From Neoechinorhynchus agilis (lineage: Eukaryota > Animalia > Acanthocephala), in NCBI GenBank assembly GCA_051530055.1, contig CM121342.1, positions 5,393,489 to 5,457,488 on the forward strand: a stretch of 64,000 nucleotides of DNA, read 5' to 3'. How positions within the stretch are numbered: position 1 is the stretch's first letter; each line of letters starts with the position of its first letter. Below the pieces are notes generated by a model. That model did no database searches. It was not told the DNA's origin and saw only the letters and a list, made by a program, of their open reading frames with translations. A program made the translations under genes and the position numbers. Below are positions 11,588 to 23,676 of the stretch, one piece after another.

Positions 11588-13408
11588 ATGAAAATTCGAC
11601 TGGTTCGAATTCTTGCGACTGTTTCAGCAGGAATTTGTTCGGCTTGTTACTATATGTGGAAAATCGAAAGTCCCTCAGGAATCGATGTCTATTATCGGAT
11701 CGAGCCTCTTGAGCAACCATCATTGCCACAATGTTTAGCCTACCAAAAGACTGTTTTGTGCTGCTTACTCAATGACTTTAACTGTATCAAAAACGGCGTT
11801 AATCTGCTCGGAAGCGATATTCATAGGAGGCTCATTTCATATAGACTCACTCCCGCCGTAAGTGCGATTCTCGCCTTGGATTCCGAGGACCATTCCGATG
11901 TCTTGTATGACGGCATTCCACTGACCAAGCCAGCAGCACTTGATGCGATGATGCAGTTATGGTCCATTGCTGGCGAGCATTGGCCAATAATGATTTCCGA
12001 TCACGAAGCCGCCTCTGATTATCGACATGACTGGTCTAAACTAGGAGATCCCAGGGGGTGAGAGGGAACTTTTAGTGAAAATTACTGGCAGAACTGCGAA
12101 TAATTTGCCTCAGAAGGTTCGACCATTTCGTTTCCAACGAGGGACTCCAGCTACTTCGGACGTCGGTTCTAAATAATCCCCAACTCGTTCTTCAAACCAT
12201 TCAATCATGTATCGATCCAATATGTATGTCTGAGCAGACCAGTGATTTACTTGGCATCATTCATCATGCCGGTTGGCTGAAAATACTCGCAAAGGCTCAC
12301 AAATCCAATGATATTAAACAATGACCTGATCTCCGGAAACGGGTTTTTGAGGATCATTTCCGGTGGAATTCCATGTTTTCTTAATCCATTTTCCACACAA
12401 GGGCCGAAAATGTGTCCAATAATTTTAAGCTCGTGTCTTTCCCGAAAAAAAGAAGGTCAAAGCATCAACGGTTTTTGTAGTAACTTTATATGTTAAACCT
12501 CTGTTCTCACTATGAAATGTGTGAAAAAGATCAGTTCTACTAGAACATCCATGTTGTCCCGCCGGTGTATTGTAAACCTTTTGACCGACGCACGATACGG
12601 TCCAAACGTTTATCCAGTCAGCGGACCCAACAATGACCGCGCCCTCGATATCGTTTTCATTCACGGATTCAATGGAAGCGCATTCTTTACATGGCGACAA
12701 CAAGGGTTCCTTCACCACCACGAGACTCCGAACTTCACGTTTTGCTGGCCACGAGATTGGCTCGCCACTGATTTGAAATCCACAAGCGTTCGGATACTTA
12801 TGATCGACTATGATAGTGATTGGTCTTACGACACTATTCACAGCGCAGTTCGTGAACAATTGATCACTGCTGGTATTGGCGAACGCCCCTTGATTCTCGT
12901 GGGACACTCAATGGGTGGAATAATCGCTAAGCGATTGATTTGTGAGGAAACCAAGATCGCCAATGTCACAAAGGCCATTGTGTTCTACAGTGTTCCTCAC
13001 CTTGGAACAGATCATCTAATGCAAAAGTCTAGAGTATCGCCACAGAACTTAAGAAAGCTCTCGTCCAATAATCCCTACCTGTCTAACCTTCATAATCGAT
13101 TCATCAATTGCGTACTCAGTCGATCTATTGAATTTCTCAGCTTTTGTGAACTGTTGCCCATGAATGGGTTCGCAGGAACTATGCTAGGAAATGCACCCGT
13201 GGTCACTGTTACTGATGCAGATATCGGGATTGGACGATTCATAACCTCACAGAAAACACACGTTAATATATGCAAGTTTGAAGACCGAAAGTGCTCGGAT
13301 TACCTGGAGATGGTGGGTCTTGTGAATGATATCATCGAAAATCTCGATGAGAAGGACACAAAGCGCTACGAGTGTTTTTTTCCCGACTTCTTTTGTCCTT
13401 TTCAATGA
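11588..13408 (+). CDS. SERAC1: SERAC1-like protein: exons 11588-12057, 12114-12315 and 12542-13408
   Basis: N-terminal TM; NEGLQLL and AGWLKILAKAHKS segments; alpha/beta-hydrolase DIVFIHGFNG..TWRQ..WPRDWL..GHSMGG. One GT-AG intron (12058-12113) and one non-canonical interruption. Confidence 0.85.
12316..12541 (+). other. Non-canonical stem-closed intervening sequence in SERAC1 (226 nt)
   Basis: TA(12315-16)...TA(12541-42). Stem GACCTGATCT(12323-32)/AGATCAGTTC(12528-37), 9 of 10 pairs. Removal gives KSNDIRTSMLSRRCIVNL and restores the frame. Confidence 0.7.
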
Positions 13409-13736
13409 AGCGTGATTTCTAAAACGTTGAATACGAAAAAAATCAGTGGAAAAGGGCAATTTTTTGTGGTTTTTCACTTCACAACGTTCAAAAATTATGA
13501 ACCCCTAATATAGAACGCTAACTCACTGACACTCAAGACGTTTCCACGAAAAATAGAAACACCTCATACGATTCTCTATTTTAATCTCAGAGACGTGTAC
13601 AAAAGAAATGGCTGTGTTTTTAATGTACAAAATACGGAATCGTACAAAAGTATCACACACACACAGATTTGAGTACTTTTTATTTTTCAAGATCTCTAAG
13701 CGTCGCTGTAGGCGTTTTCATCGTGTAACCTCCCAC

Positions 13737-15245
13737 GGCAAAACTAAAAGTTGAGATGATGGTAACGATTGAAGGTTGCAGCCATCGCCCGAGTCCATGT
13801 TTCCGTTGATTCTGGATCATCGTTGAGGATCCAGAAAAGTGCCGCCTGGAAACGGAAGCGAAAACGAACCCCCTTCAAAATCCCCTGAGCGACCGCTGGA
13901 TATCTCGGATTCGCCAAGTCTTTTCGACCTGATCGCGTGATCTCGGATCCGATTCCTTGGAGATCCACATTGTCCATGGCAAAAACTAAAAGTTGAGATG
14001 ATGGCAACGATTGAAGGTTGCAGCCATCGCCCAAGTTCAAGTCTCCGTTGATTCTGGATCGCCGTCGAGGATCCAGAAAAGTGCCTCCGGGCAACGGTCG
14101 CGAAAACGAACCCCCTTCAAAATCCCCTGAGCGACCGCTGGATATCTCGGATTCGCCAAGTCTTTTCGACCTGATCGCGTGATCCCGGATCCGATTCCTT
14201 GGAGATCCACATTGTCCATGGCAAAAACTAAAAGTTGAGATGATGGCAACGATTGAAGGTTGCAGCCATCGCCCGAGTCCATGTTTCCGTTGATTCTGGA
14301 TCACCGTTGAGGATCCAGAAAAGTGCCGCCTGGAAACGGAAGCGAAAACGAACCCCCTTCAAAATCCCCTGAGCGACCGCTGGATATCTCGGATTCGCCA
14401 AGTCTTTTCGACCTGATCGCGTGATCTCGGATCCGATTCCTTGGAGATCCACATTGTCCATGGCAAAAACTAAAAGTTGAGATGATGGCAACGATTGAAG
14501 GTTGCAGCCATCGCCCAAGTCCATGTTTCCGTTGATTCTGGATCACCGTTGAGGATCCAGAAAAGTGCCTCCGGGCAACGGTCGCGAAAACGAACCCCCT
14601 TCAAAATCCCCTGAGCGACCGCTGGATATCTCGGATTCGCCAAGTCTTTTCGACCTGATCGCGTGATCTCGGATCCGATTCCTTGGAGATCCACATTGTC
14701 CATGGCAAAAACTAAAAGTTGAGATGATGGCAACGATTGAAGGTTGCAGCCATCGCCCAAGTCCAAGTCTCCGTTGATTCTGGATCACCGTTGAGGATCC
14801 AGAAAAGTGCCTCCGGGCAACGGTCGCGAAAACGAACCCCCTTCAAAGTCCCCTGAGCGACCGCTGGATATCTCGGATTCGTCAAGTCTTTTCGACCTGA
14901 TCGCGTGATCTCGGATCCGATTCCTTGGAGATCCACATTGTCCATGGCAAAAACTAAAAGTTGAGATGATGGCAAGAATTGAAGGTTGCAGCCATCGCCC
15001 AAGTCCAAGTCTACGTTGATTCTGGATCACCGTTGAGGATCCAGAAAAGTGCCGCCTGGAAACGGTAGCGAAAACGAACCTTCTTCAAAGTCCCCTGAGC
15101 GACCGTAGGATATCTCGGATTCGTCTAGTTTTTTCAGCTATCTCGGATTCGTGAAGTCTTTTCGACCTGATCGCTTGATCTCGGATCCGATTCCTTGGAG
15201 ATCCACATTGTCCATGGCAAAAACTAAAAGTTGAGATGATGGCGA
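13737..15245. repeat. Tandem array of about 242-bp units, about 6 copies
   Basis: GGCAAAA(A)CTAAAAGTTGAGATGATGG recurs at about 13737, 13978, 14220, 14462, 14704, 14946 and 15216. Confidence 0.95.
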
Positions 15246-15285
15246 CAATTATGCTTCCGTTGATTCCCGATAGGGACGGTGATTC

Positions 15286-15858
15286 TTGGTTTTATTGTGT
15301 TTGCGACTCGATGATCTTTGGAGTAAGAAAGAATGCATAAAAGACGAGCGTATTGAAAAGCATTTGGTTCAATCACTGATGCCTTCGTCGATTCAATTGG
15401 CATTGAAGAATCGTGTTTACATTGAAGGGCTTCCGCGACGTACAACTGAACGTTGTCTGATTGAACTTTTTAAAGAGTTTGGTGATGTGGATTCGGTTGA
15501 TCTTCGTCCGAGGACATCGGATCTGAAGAATGCGGTGATCACGTTCGTTAGTGAGAAATCCGCTTCGAAGGTCCTAAATTCTAATCCGTTTATGGTTGGT
15601 GGCGTTAAGGTTGTTGTTCGAAACCATCCCGGACGGGACGAAGAAGACGTTTCGGAATATTCCGATATCACGGTCGAGGAGGAGGATCTGGTTCAATGGG
15701 AAATGATTTCGAAAAAGAATGCCGAGCACGATCCATCGGGACGTGCAATGAAGTTTGAAAGGCTAAAATTGCTGAACATTGAGTGCATTGATAAGTACAA
15801 GAAGGTTATCACTACCGGTCGTATGCTTCAAGATTTTCTTGCTAGACATTTTCTATGA
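15286..15858 (+). CDS. RRM-domain protein
   Basis: RVYIEGLP (RNP2-like), LFKEFGDV, NAVITF (RNP1-like). First in-frame ATG is near 15379, so the true start is uncertain. Confidence 0.65.
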   Translation: MVLLCLRLDDLWSKKECIKDERIEKHLVQSLMPSSIQLALKNRVYIEGLPRRTTERCLIELFKEFGDVDSVDLRPRTSDLKNAVITFVSEKSASKVLNSNPFMVGGVKVVVRNHPGRDEEDVSEYSDITVEEEDLVQWEMISKKNAEHDPSGRAMKFERLKLLNIECIDKYKKVITTGRMLQDFLARHFL

Positions 15859-17965
15859 TAGATCGATCAATCGTTGTTATTTTGCCGATTGCTGGGATTG
15901 GGTTTTTTGGCTGATTTGGGACGCGGAACATTCACGGCCGTACATAGAAAGAAAAAAGGTAGCGTTACAATTGAACAAACGAATTTTGAGCCAAAGAAGC
16001 GGCGATTCGTACAAGGGTAGATTTTAATTTTGCAATATTGATTTATTTTGTCGCTTTTTTTAGCAGATTTGGGAATTCAAATTGAATTAGACGCTTTCAA
16101 AATCAAAAGAAATTTACAGAATCCTGACTAATTGGATGAGCCTTTTATTACCAAATCCAGAATCGACTTTTTAACCGTCGTTGGCTTCTGTGTTTGTGTG
16201 AGCGATCCCGATTCAATAATGTTTTTATCCATCATTTGTGGTTTTCTGCTGCTTAGAAGTTAAAATGATTTTTTGTCGAAGAGCACCAATGACCGACTAT
16301 TATCCGAATTAGTTTGAAAGTTATTAGCGCTCACTCGATTCTCTTACTGTGTTCTAGATCAAAGGCAACGTGAACTTTTAATTATGTCTATTGAATGCTT
16401 CATTGGTTCTAGTTATTACATTTCAACGAATCAGAAAACAAGAAGAACACTTATATTGCACACCTACAACGAAACGTAAATTTCAACAATTCCGTCTTAT
16501 TTGCGCGAATTCACGGGCAGATTAAGTGTCACAAAGGAGATTTTACTAGACGCTTTCCGTCTCGTCATTGCTCTTATTTCAGCCTTCTAACGAAAATAAG
16601 AATCATTTCGTTAAAGTCTTTTTTCTCTCGCCATTCTCCTTGAACGATAATGATTTTTATGAAATTTTCCTCAATAGCAAAAGGCCAAGGAAATAGAAGT
16701 TTATCATCGTTTTGGCATATTGGGACTAAATAATAAAATCTAAAATTGGTTGTCACATTTTAGAAGACAGTTAAGAGGGCCCTGTTTTTTAGCAATCATT
16801 GATCAATGAGCATTAATTTCATCGGATTCAAGTTTAAAATTATAAAAGTTTTCTAAGGTCCGTTTTTTGCCGAAATGTTCTTTAGGTTTGAAGGTGAAGT
16901 CGCTAATGAAAAAAAAATCGCAGTGGTGAGTTCTCCAGCATTGAAGTTCTCATATCGCAATTTAGTTTCAGCACTTGGAAACGCTTATTCGTTTATTCGG
17001 CAAAAAGACCTTAAACGCCACCACAAACGTTCATTTTGTGTTCAAGAAACGAAGCCGAGTGTCTTTTGTAGAATGAACCACAAAACTGAGTCAAATTCGT
17101 GAAAAAAGCAATGAAATCCCGATCAATACTGTAGAGATCAGAGAAACCGTCATTGTCTCATGGTAACAAACGGAAGAAGGAAACGTCCACGACAAACGTA
17201 CAAACTCGAGTCTTGGGTTCATTTTTTACTTTACATTGAGCGATCGATCATTTCGTAAGTTCGTCAATATTCGTTCATTTCATCGGGAGCGATTTGAGAG
17301 ATTGATTTTTTGTGTCCTAAATCTGCGACTGAGATATTCCGCGATTAATCATCATTGTTTACAATTAGAACGGCTTTAAGGATTTTAGTAAAGTTGAAAA
17401 GATAATTGATTGTTATTTGTTGATAGGAGAGAGATAAATGAACTTAAGAATTTATTGGATATTTCGATCCACTATCTCGGATCTTCTTCAGCGATTGCTT
17501 GTAAGTTTTTAAATATTCGAGTTAATGAAAGTAAATCGCTTTTCAGCCGAATGCATCTTTTTCATTTGATAAGGTTTGTCCATAGATAAGTTTATGAGTA
17601 AATTTTGTTTGATGATATAAAGAGATTAATTTCTTTTCAGACAATATTTCTTCCTTTACGTGGACTTGAAGTTCCCAAGGGCGAAATATTGTGTGAAAAG
17701 GAACGAATAATCTCTTTATATCCCTAATCATCTTTTACGTGAGACTTCAGAAACCTTGAAACGGTCAAGGTGGGCTTCGATTTGGGTTCTGACTTTCACC
17801 CGAGTTTCTCAATATAATCCATTGAATCCTCCTTGAAGAAATAGTACAAAAGTGACCATTTATTAACCGATTGATCGGTGTTCGTCTGGTCAATTCGCTC
17901 TTCGATTTTTTTCTGGGCCCATAATCATCGTAGTCTAATCGATCAAGTCGTTTTTGCAGATCAAA

Positions 17966-19483
17966 ATGTCATTTAAAGCCGACGGTTTGTCTCTTTTCGA
18001 ACTGTTTGTTCCAGGAGAAGGCATTACGTACAACGACATAATAATCCTTCCTGGATACATTGATTTTGAAAGCAGTGCAGTTGATTTGACATCTCGTCTA
18101 ACAAAGAAGATTTCACTTAAAACGCCGTTAGTGAGTTCACCGATGGACACTGTAACGGAATCAATGATGGCGATCAAGATGGCATTGAATGGCGGCATCG
18201 GAGTAATCCACAACAATTGCACCATCGATTACCAAGCTGCTGAAGTTAATCGCGTCAAACGGTTTGAGCATGGCTTCATTTTTGATCCGGTCGTTTTCAC
18301 CCCGGATAGAACAGTAGCCGACGTGTTAGAGGTCAAACGAAAATTCGGGTTCAGTGGAATCCCCGTTACGGACACTGGATCCATCGGAGGTCGTCTCAGA
18401 GGTCTCATTACCTCACGCGACATTGATTTCCTCGATGAATCCGATTTCTCTAGTCCCGTTTCGAAATTCATGACGCCCTTTACCGAACTTGTGACCGCTA
18501 ATTCATCTGTTTCGTTAAAAGAAGCATTTGAACTGCTGGCTAAATCAAGGAAAGGAAAGCTTCCTATTATCGGCCCGAATAGTAACCTCGTTGCTCTTAT
18601 AGCAAGGTCGGACGTTGAACGAAAAAAAGAATACCCGTTAGCGTCCGTGGATTCTAAGAAGCAATTGATGGTTGGTGCCGCCGTAAGTACACGAGTCTCG
18701 GACTTTGTTCGAGTGGACGCCTTGTTAGCACGGAACGTTGATTTTATTGTGGTCGATTCGAGTCAAGGTAACAGTTCGTATCAAATGGAAATGATAAAGT
18801 ACATAAAGCGAACAAGGCCTGAATGCCAAGTTGTCGGGGGTAATGTGGTCACTCGCGTCCAAGCTGAAAATCTTATAAAGGCTGGAGTGGACGCTCTTCG
18901 TGTTGGAATGGGAAGTGGATCAATTTGCATCACTCAGGAAGTAATGGCAGTTGGACGCGCTCAAGGTTCAGCCATTTTCGCAGTAAAACAAGCTGCTGGA
19001 GATGTTCCTGTCATTGCGGACGGTGGGATTTCATCGGCAGGTCATTTGAGCAAAGCTCTTGCTCTTGGTGCTGATTGTGTTATGATGGGATCAATGTTGG
19101 CCGGCACGACTGAATCACCCGGTGAGTATTTCTATCAGGACGGACTGAGACTAAAGAAGTACCGCGGAATGGGGTCTTTGGAAGCAATGGCAAAGCTAAA
19201 AGGCGATGGAGCATCGGCTCGGTACTTGTATGAAACGGACGAGAAGGTGGCTGTGGCTCAAGGCGTCTCAGGTGCCGTTTCTGATAAAGGGTCCGTCGGT
19301 CGCTATTTGGCCTACTTGACCTCCAGTTTGCAGAAAAGTATGCAGGACATTGGCGTAAAGTCCTTAAAGGAACTTCACGAGAAAGTCGCAACCGGTGAGA
19401 TTAGATTTGAACGAAGAAGCTTATCAGCTCTTCAAGAAGGAAACATTCATAGTCTTCATAGCTTTGAAAAACGCTTATTCTAG
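17966..19483 (+). CDS. IMPDH: Inosine-5'-monophosphate dehydrogenase, intronless
   Basis: [15 protein letters not shown] pair, catalytic [27 protein letters not shown]. Confidence 0.98.
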   Translation: MSFKADGLSLFELFVPGEGITYNDIIILPGYIDFESSAVDLTSRLTKKISLKTPLVSSPMDTVTESMMAIKMALNGGIGVIHNNCTIDYQAAEVNRVKRFEHGFIFDPVVFTPDRTVADVLEVKRKFGFSGIPVTDTGSIGGRLRGLITSRDIDFLDESDFSSPVSKFMTPFTELVTANSSVSLKEAFELLAKSRKGKLPIIGPNSNLVALIARSDVERKKEYPLASVDSKKQLMVGAAVSTRVSDFVRVDALLARNVDFIVVDSSQGNSSYQMEMIKYIKRTRPECQVVGGNVVTRVQAENLIKAGVDALRVGMGSGSICITQEVMAVGRAQGSAIFAVKQAAGDVPVIADGGISSAGHLSKALALGADCVMMGSMLAGTTESPGEYFYQDGLRLKKYRGMGSLEAMAKLKGDGASARYLYETDEKVAVAQGVSGAVSDKGSVGRYLAYLTSSLQKSMQDIGVKSLKELHEKVATGEIRFERRSLSALQEGNIHSLHSFEKRLF

Positions 19484-19726
19484 CGTACGCGTGTGGTTGG
19501 CGTCGAAATATTGTTGTTTTTTGTCGCATGCCACCGGTCGTTGTTTTTTTGTGATCCTTCGATTAGACTAAAGCTTTATTCGTTAGTTCTTTATTGACCT
19601 TTTATGGGCCGAAGAATCGGGATTTGGGTTTTTCTGAAAAGAAACAAGGACGCAAAGTTTTAAAAATTTATCCTATCCACTCAAAAAAAAAGATGGGACT
19701 CATTTATTTTAAATTTGTCCTTCAGA

Positions 19727-22700
19727 TGAGTATCACCGATGAGGAATTCAACGGTACATTGTTCTATCGCCACAGCAGCCCGGATTCGAGCGTTGTATCG
19801 AAGTCACCAAGTCACCTAAACTTCATTTACGACGACACGGACAGATTTGAATTTGAACTCATAGGTACGATGTTGCTCATGCGACTTATAATAAAAAAAT
19901 AGATATCTACGCATATGGAGAATACGAGAAACTTTCAATTGACGCTCAGACGTGCTTCTTTAAACGATTATCAAAAGGTTCGTCTCATTTTTTCGATCCG
20001 GCTGATATATTTCTAACCTATCAAAGACAGTGGAAATATTGTATCCTGGTCCTTCGTTGAGTACGATGATAAAGTCGATATTGCCAAATATCTGATCGAT
20101 GGTCTCACAGGCAATCAAAACGATTTCTATGAATGTATACGGGCGCTTTTGTTCCTTATTCATGGTAATTTTTGATTTTCAATTGTATCACAAAGGACTC
20201 ATGTTTTTTATTTGAAGGCGGAAATTTTCAGGACATTAGAAGATTGATGATTGAATGCTCACGTGAAAACGCGCTCATTTTATATCGATGTGGAATCATT
20301 AAAATATTAACTCATAAACTAAACCAATTTAACCAGTTTGCTCCGATTTTGTTTGAAAAACTATTATAACTTTTATGTTCAGGAAAATCGAGGCTGCCGA
20401 CGATGCACAAGCAGAAGTTGAAGATCTAAAGTAGGTGATAGATCCGTTCTTTTAAGAACTAAAGACGTTTTGGCTTTAACTTGCTTTTTTTCTGGAATTT
20501 CACAGCAAAGCAAGCAGTGATCATTGGAGCTTCTTTTAAAATTATCATTCTTCGCCAAAGAATCGTCCGCATAAATACTAATATATCTTAGAAATACGTC
20601 TGAGATACTGGAGAGTCGTTTATCGCCCATTTTCTAAGGTCCGAAATCATGTTCTGAGAAATTTAACCAAGTCAGCCTTGGAGATAAATCACGAATCTTC
20701 TTGGACTAAATGATCACCACTTTACGCTTTTAGCGAAACCGTAATTCTGTTCCATTCAATTCTTGAGCTTATCCGAACTAGCGAGATCAATGATGCAGAA
20801 AAGGAATTAATAAAGAAGCAATTGATCAGCATCTCAAATGGAGAGAAGAAATGGTTGACATCGATAACCATTAACATCGCGAGCCAATTAATCTTCAAAC
20901 ATGTCAGCCCGAATTTCTTGGCTTCAAAGCTAATAATGCTATCGTGGAAAATGTTGATATTTACACTGGGTGGAATGCAGAAGATTATGGAGACGAGAAC
21001 TCAAGAGAGGATTAAATACAACTTACCAGGACCGCCGAATAGGGAAAATCCGGAAAATTCGATCGCGATTATGAGGAAATTTTGTGATTGCATTGATTTG
21101 ATCGAAGCCATGTCAAGTGGAGATGGTAATGATTATTGTATTCCTGCTGACAATAGGCGATGCAAGCGGGTAATTCTTTTTTTTATTCTCTTATATTAAT
21201 GCGAGCGAAAAAAAGTCAAAGGTAGGGATTGACACCATAATCTCGGAAATGAACAAACGCGATTCAAACAGATCGGTTATGATGGTCGATAATAAATTCC
21301 CATGGAAAGCGAAATGCACGTAAGTTCCGTATTTTAAAAAAATTGTTTTTAAAGTATTTAAATGAGGCGACAAACAATTCTTGATTATCTGAACGAAAAT
21401 CGCAAACGATACTTGGGATTTTGTTTCCCCGACGACGATGGAAGCGTGATTGGCTTACCGCCAAGTGTTAAGCACAGCTATGAGATAATGAAAGCATTCC
21501 TTTATGTGCCTCTATCGCAGCAGCAGATCACATCGAGTGACCTAGCCAATCAATGCCCTCTTACGTGTTCTACTGCGAATTCGACAATTGAGGAAGATTC
21601 ACTTGAAATGTTCTATAGAGACATTCTTCTCCTCTTACCTTTCCATATCGTAAGTTCCTTTTTCGTTTGAAAGAACTTTGCTACCTCCGCATCAAAAACA
21701 GGAGCAACTAAGTGAGCAATTCGGACTGTACACGTCAAGCAAAACAATCGAATCAATATATTCCCAACACTCTAATCTTCTTTACATTGAAAGACATGGT
21801 GCTACAGTTTGTCTTTTTTCTGCATTTAATGCTCCTTTCACAACTGCGCTTTAGGAAGCTTTAGTTTCTTTGAAAGCAATCACTGGATTTATTATACTTT
21901 TTCTGAAGCATCTAAAAGTCAATCATATTTATCAGGTCTAGAAACGATAAATCAATTTATTGGTGAAGAGAAATTACATCACTTTTCCGTAGTCGACCGG
22001 GTTTTTCCTATGATTCCAACGCTCTATAGATATTTTTCTGTCCTTCCTTTATTGTAAAACGTTTAGTTTGAGTTTGTGTGCCAACAATTTCCAACCTCTG
22101 GATTTCTGGACAAGATACTTACTTTTTTCACGAAGGATATTGTTTCTCACATACAGTACGTCGCTGCTCGTGCTAAGCCCCGTGAACGTCTTTCATCCAC
22201 AGGACTTGTCAAAAGTCTTCATGACGTGAGTTGATCGCTTCGTGATTTTTTCGTTATATCTTATAGCCGATTGATAACTTCCAAATGGACCGGTCGTGGT
22301 GTGCCGTATTTATCATAGTGAACATTCTTCGAATCACGAACAAACTCGGCAAGGGATCGCATTCACGTTCGGGGCTCATATACTCCAGCAACTTCATGAA
22401 AAGTCTCAGAAAAATGTTCAATAAACAAGATTCGATTGACGGCGAGGACGTATTCGAGTGTACGTTTGTATTGAATTCTCCGACGTTCACAAACATACGC
22501 TCATTAGTAAAACCGCTTTATTCTGCACGGCATTGTCCTCTGGTCCAATACTACAATATAAAACTAGTAAAAATTCTGAGTCGGTATTGTAGTCGACAAT
22601 GGAGGAAAGTCAACATGTACCGTTTTCCTATAATGTATCACATGGTCCGTCATCGATTTAATGACGATTGGGCCTACTCCATTTGCACTGGCGTGATCGA

Positions 22701-23019
22701 TCCCGACGAGGAAATGGCACAAGATTTGAAAATTTCAAAGAAAGTCTACGAGTTCCACATGCGCCGGTACCTTTCAATGACTGAGAAATACCTTACTAAT
22801 GAGCCAAATGTGGATCCGAAACATTTATGGATGAACTTGTCAGATATAAGGAAAATTATGGATGGTATTAATGAGCGCAATTCACGAGCTGAAAGAGATA
22901 ACTTGCCCACTTGGTTTCTTGAGAATGTGCACCATTGGGTGCAACGAGAAGTAATCGATTCGAATATTAATTGGGATGAAGTGCTTGATTCCGATGGAGG
23001 CACTGTGAAGTTGATTTAA
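19727..23019 (+). CDS. STRIP1: Striatin-interacting protein (STRIP/FAM40/Far11 family), multi-exon
   Basis: Exons encode LNFIYDDTDRFEFELIDIYAYGE, CIRALLFLIHG, FPWKAK, KAITGFIILFLKHLKVNHIYQFE, RQWRKVNM..VRHRFNDDWAY and WVQREV..INWDEVL. Confidence 0.85.
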
Positions 23020-23155
23020 GTAAAGCAACTGCTTCTTTTACATCGGCATAAGTAACGACTAATTTGCGACAATCATTTCGTCGAATTTGTATCTACAATA
23101 TTATTATTTAAGCCAGTTTTGCCGAATTTTTTACTTTTAAATCAGGCTCATGGGT

Positions 23156-23370
23156 GGGGTTTAGAAAGATCTCCAAACTGAAATCGGCGTTCTCTTAATC
23201 AATAAACTGTAATCGATTGATCAGTTACAGCATTAGTGCGCTTGGTTCTTCATTTTTGGTATGGGGTTTAGAAAGATCTCCAAACTGAAATCGGCGTTCT
23301 CTTAATCAATAAACTGGAATCGATCAATCAGTTACAGCATTGCTGCGCTTGGTTCTTCCTTTTTTAACGA
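23156..23370. repeat. Tandem duplication of a 107-bp unit
   Basis: GGGGTTTAGAAAGATCTCCAAACTGAAATCGGCG occurs at 23156 and 23263. Confidence 0.9.
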
Positions 23371-23676
23371 AACTTTGAAATGCTTTGCTATTTTAGTTCC
23401 TTTAGATTTTTGATAATAAAAAAATGGACGATATGATTGAAAATAGTCATTTGGTGAGCGCAAATTTGAGATGCAGTTTAGGCTGAAAGGATGCGACTTT
23501 GTTAGTGTTAAAATTTTGACTTTGTCCGCTTTTGAAATCTATGGTAAACCCGAACCGCGGCTCCGATCGCACCCGGTTCTTGCTCTATTTGTGCAGGTAA
23601 ATCGTTTTATTTTAAGAAACAAATAGTTGTCATGGAGAACATTGATGTTTGGGCTTTTAAACCAAATCTTAGCAAA

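Noticed and set aside
13744-15030. Repeated 81-186 aa minus-strand ORFs
   Set aside because: By-products of the 242-bp array; no recognisable domain.
16000-17900. Short ORFs between the RRM gene and IMPDH
   Set aside because: No recognisable motifs or consistent splice pattern.
21799-21858. Weak terminal pairing in a short STRIP intron (also 21936-22067)
   Set aside because: Stems of 7-8 bp in AT-rich DNA could be chance, and canonical ends give the correct frame.
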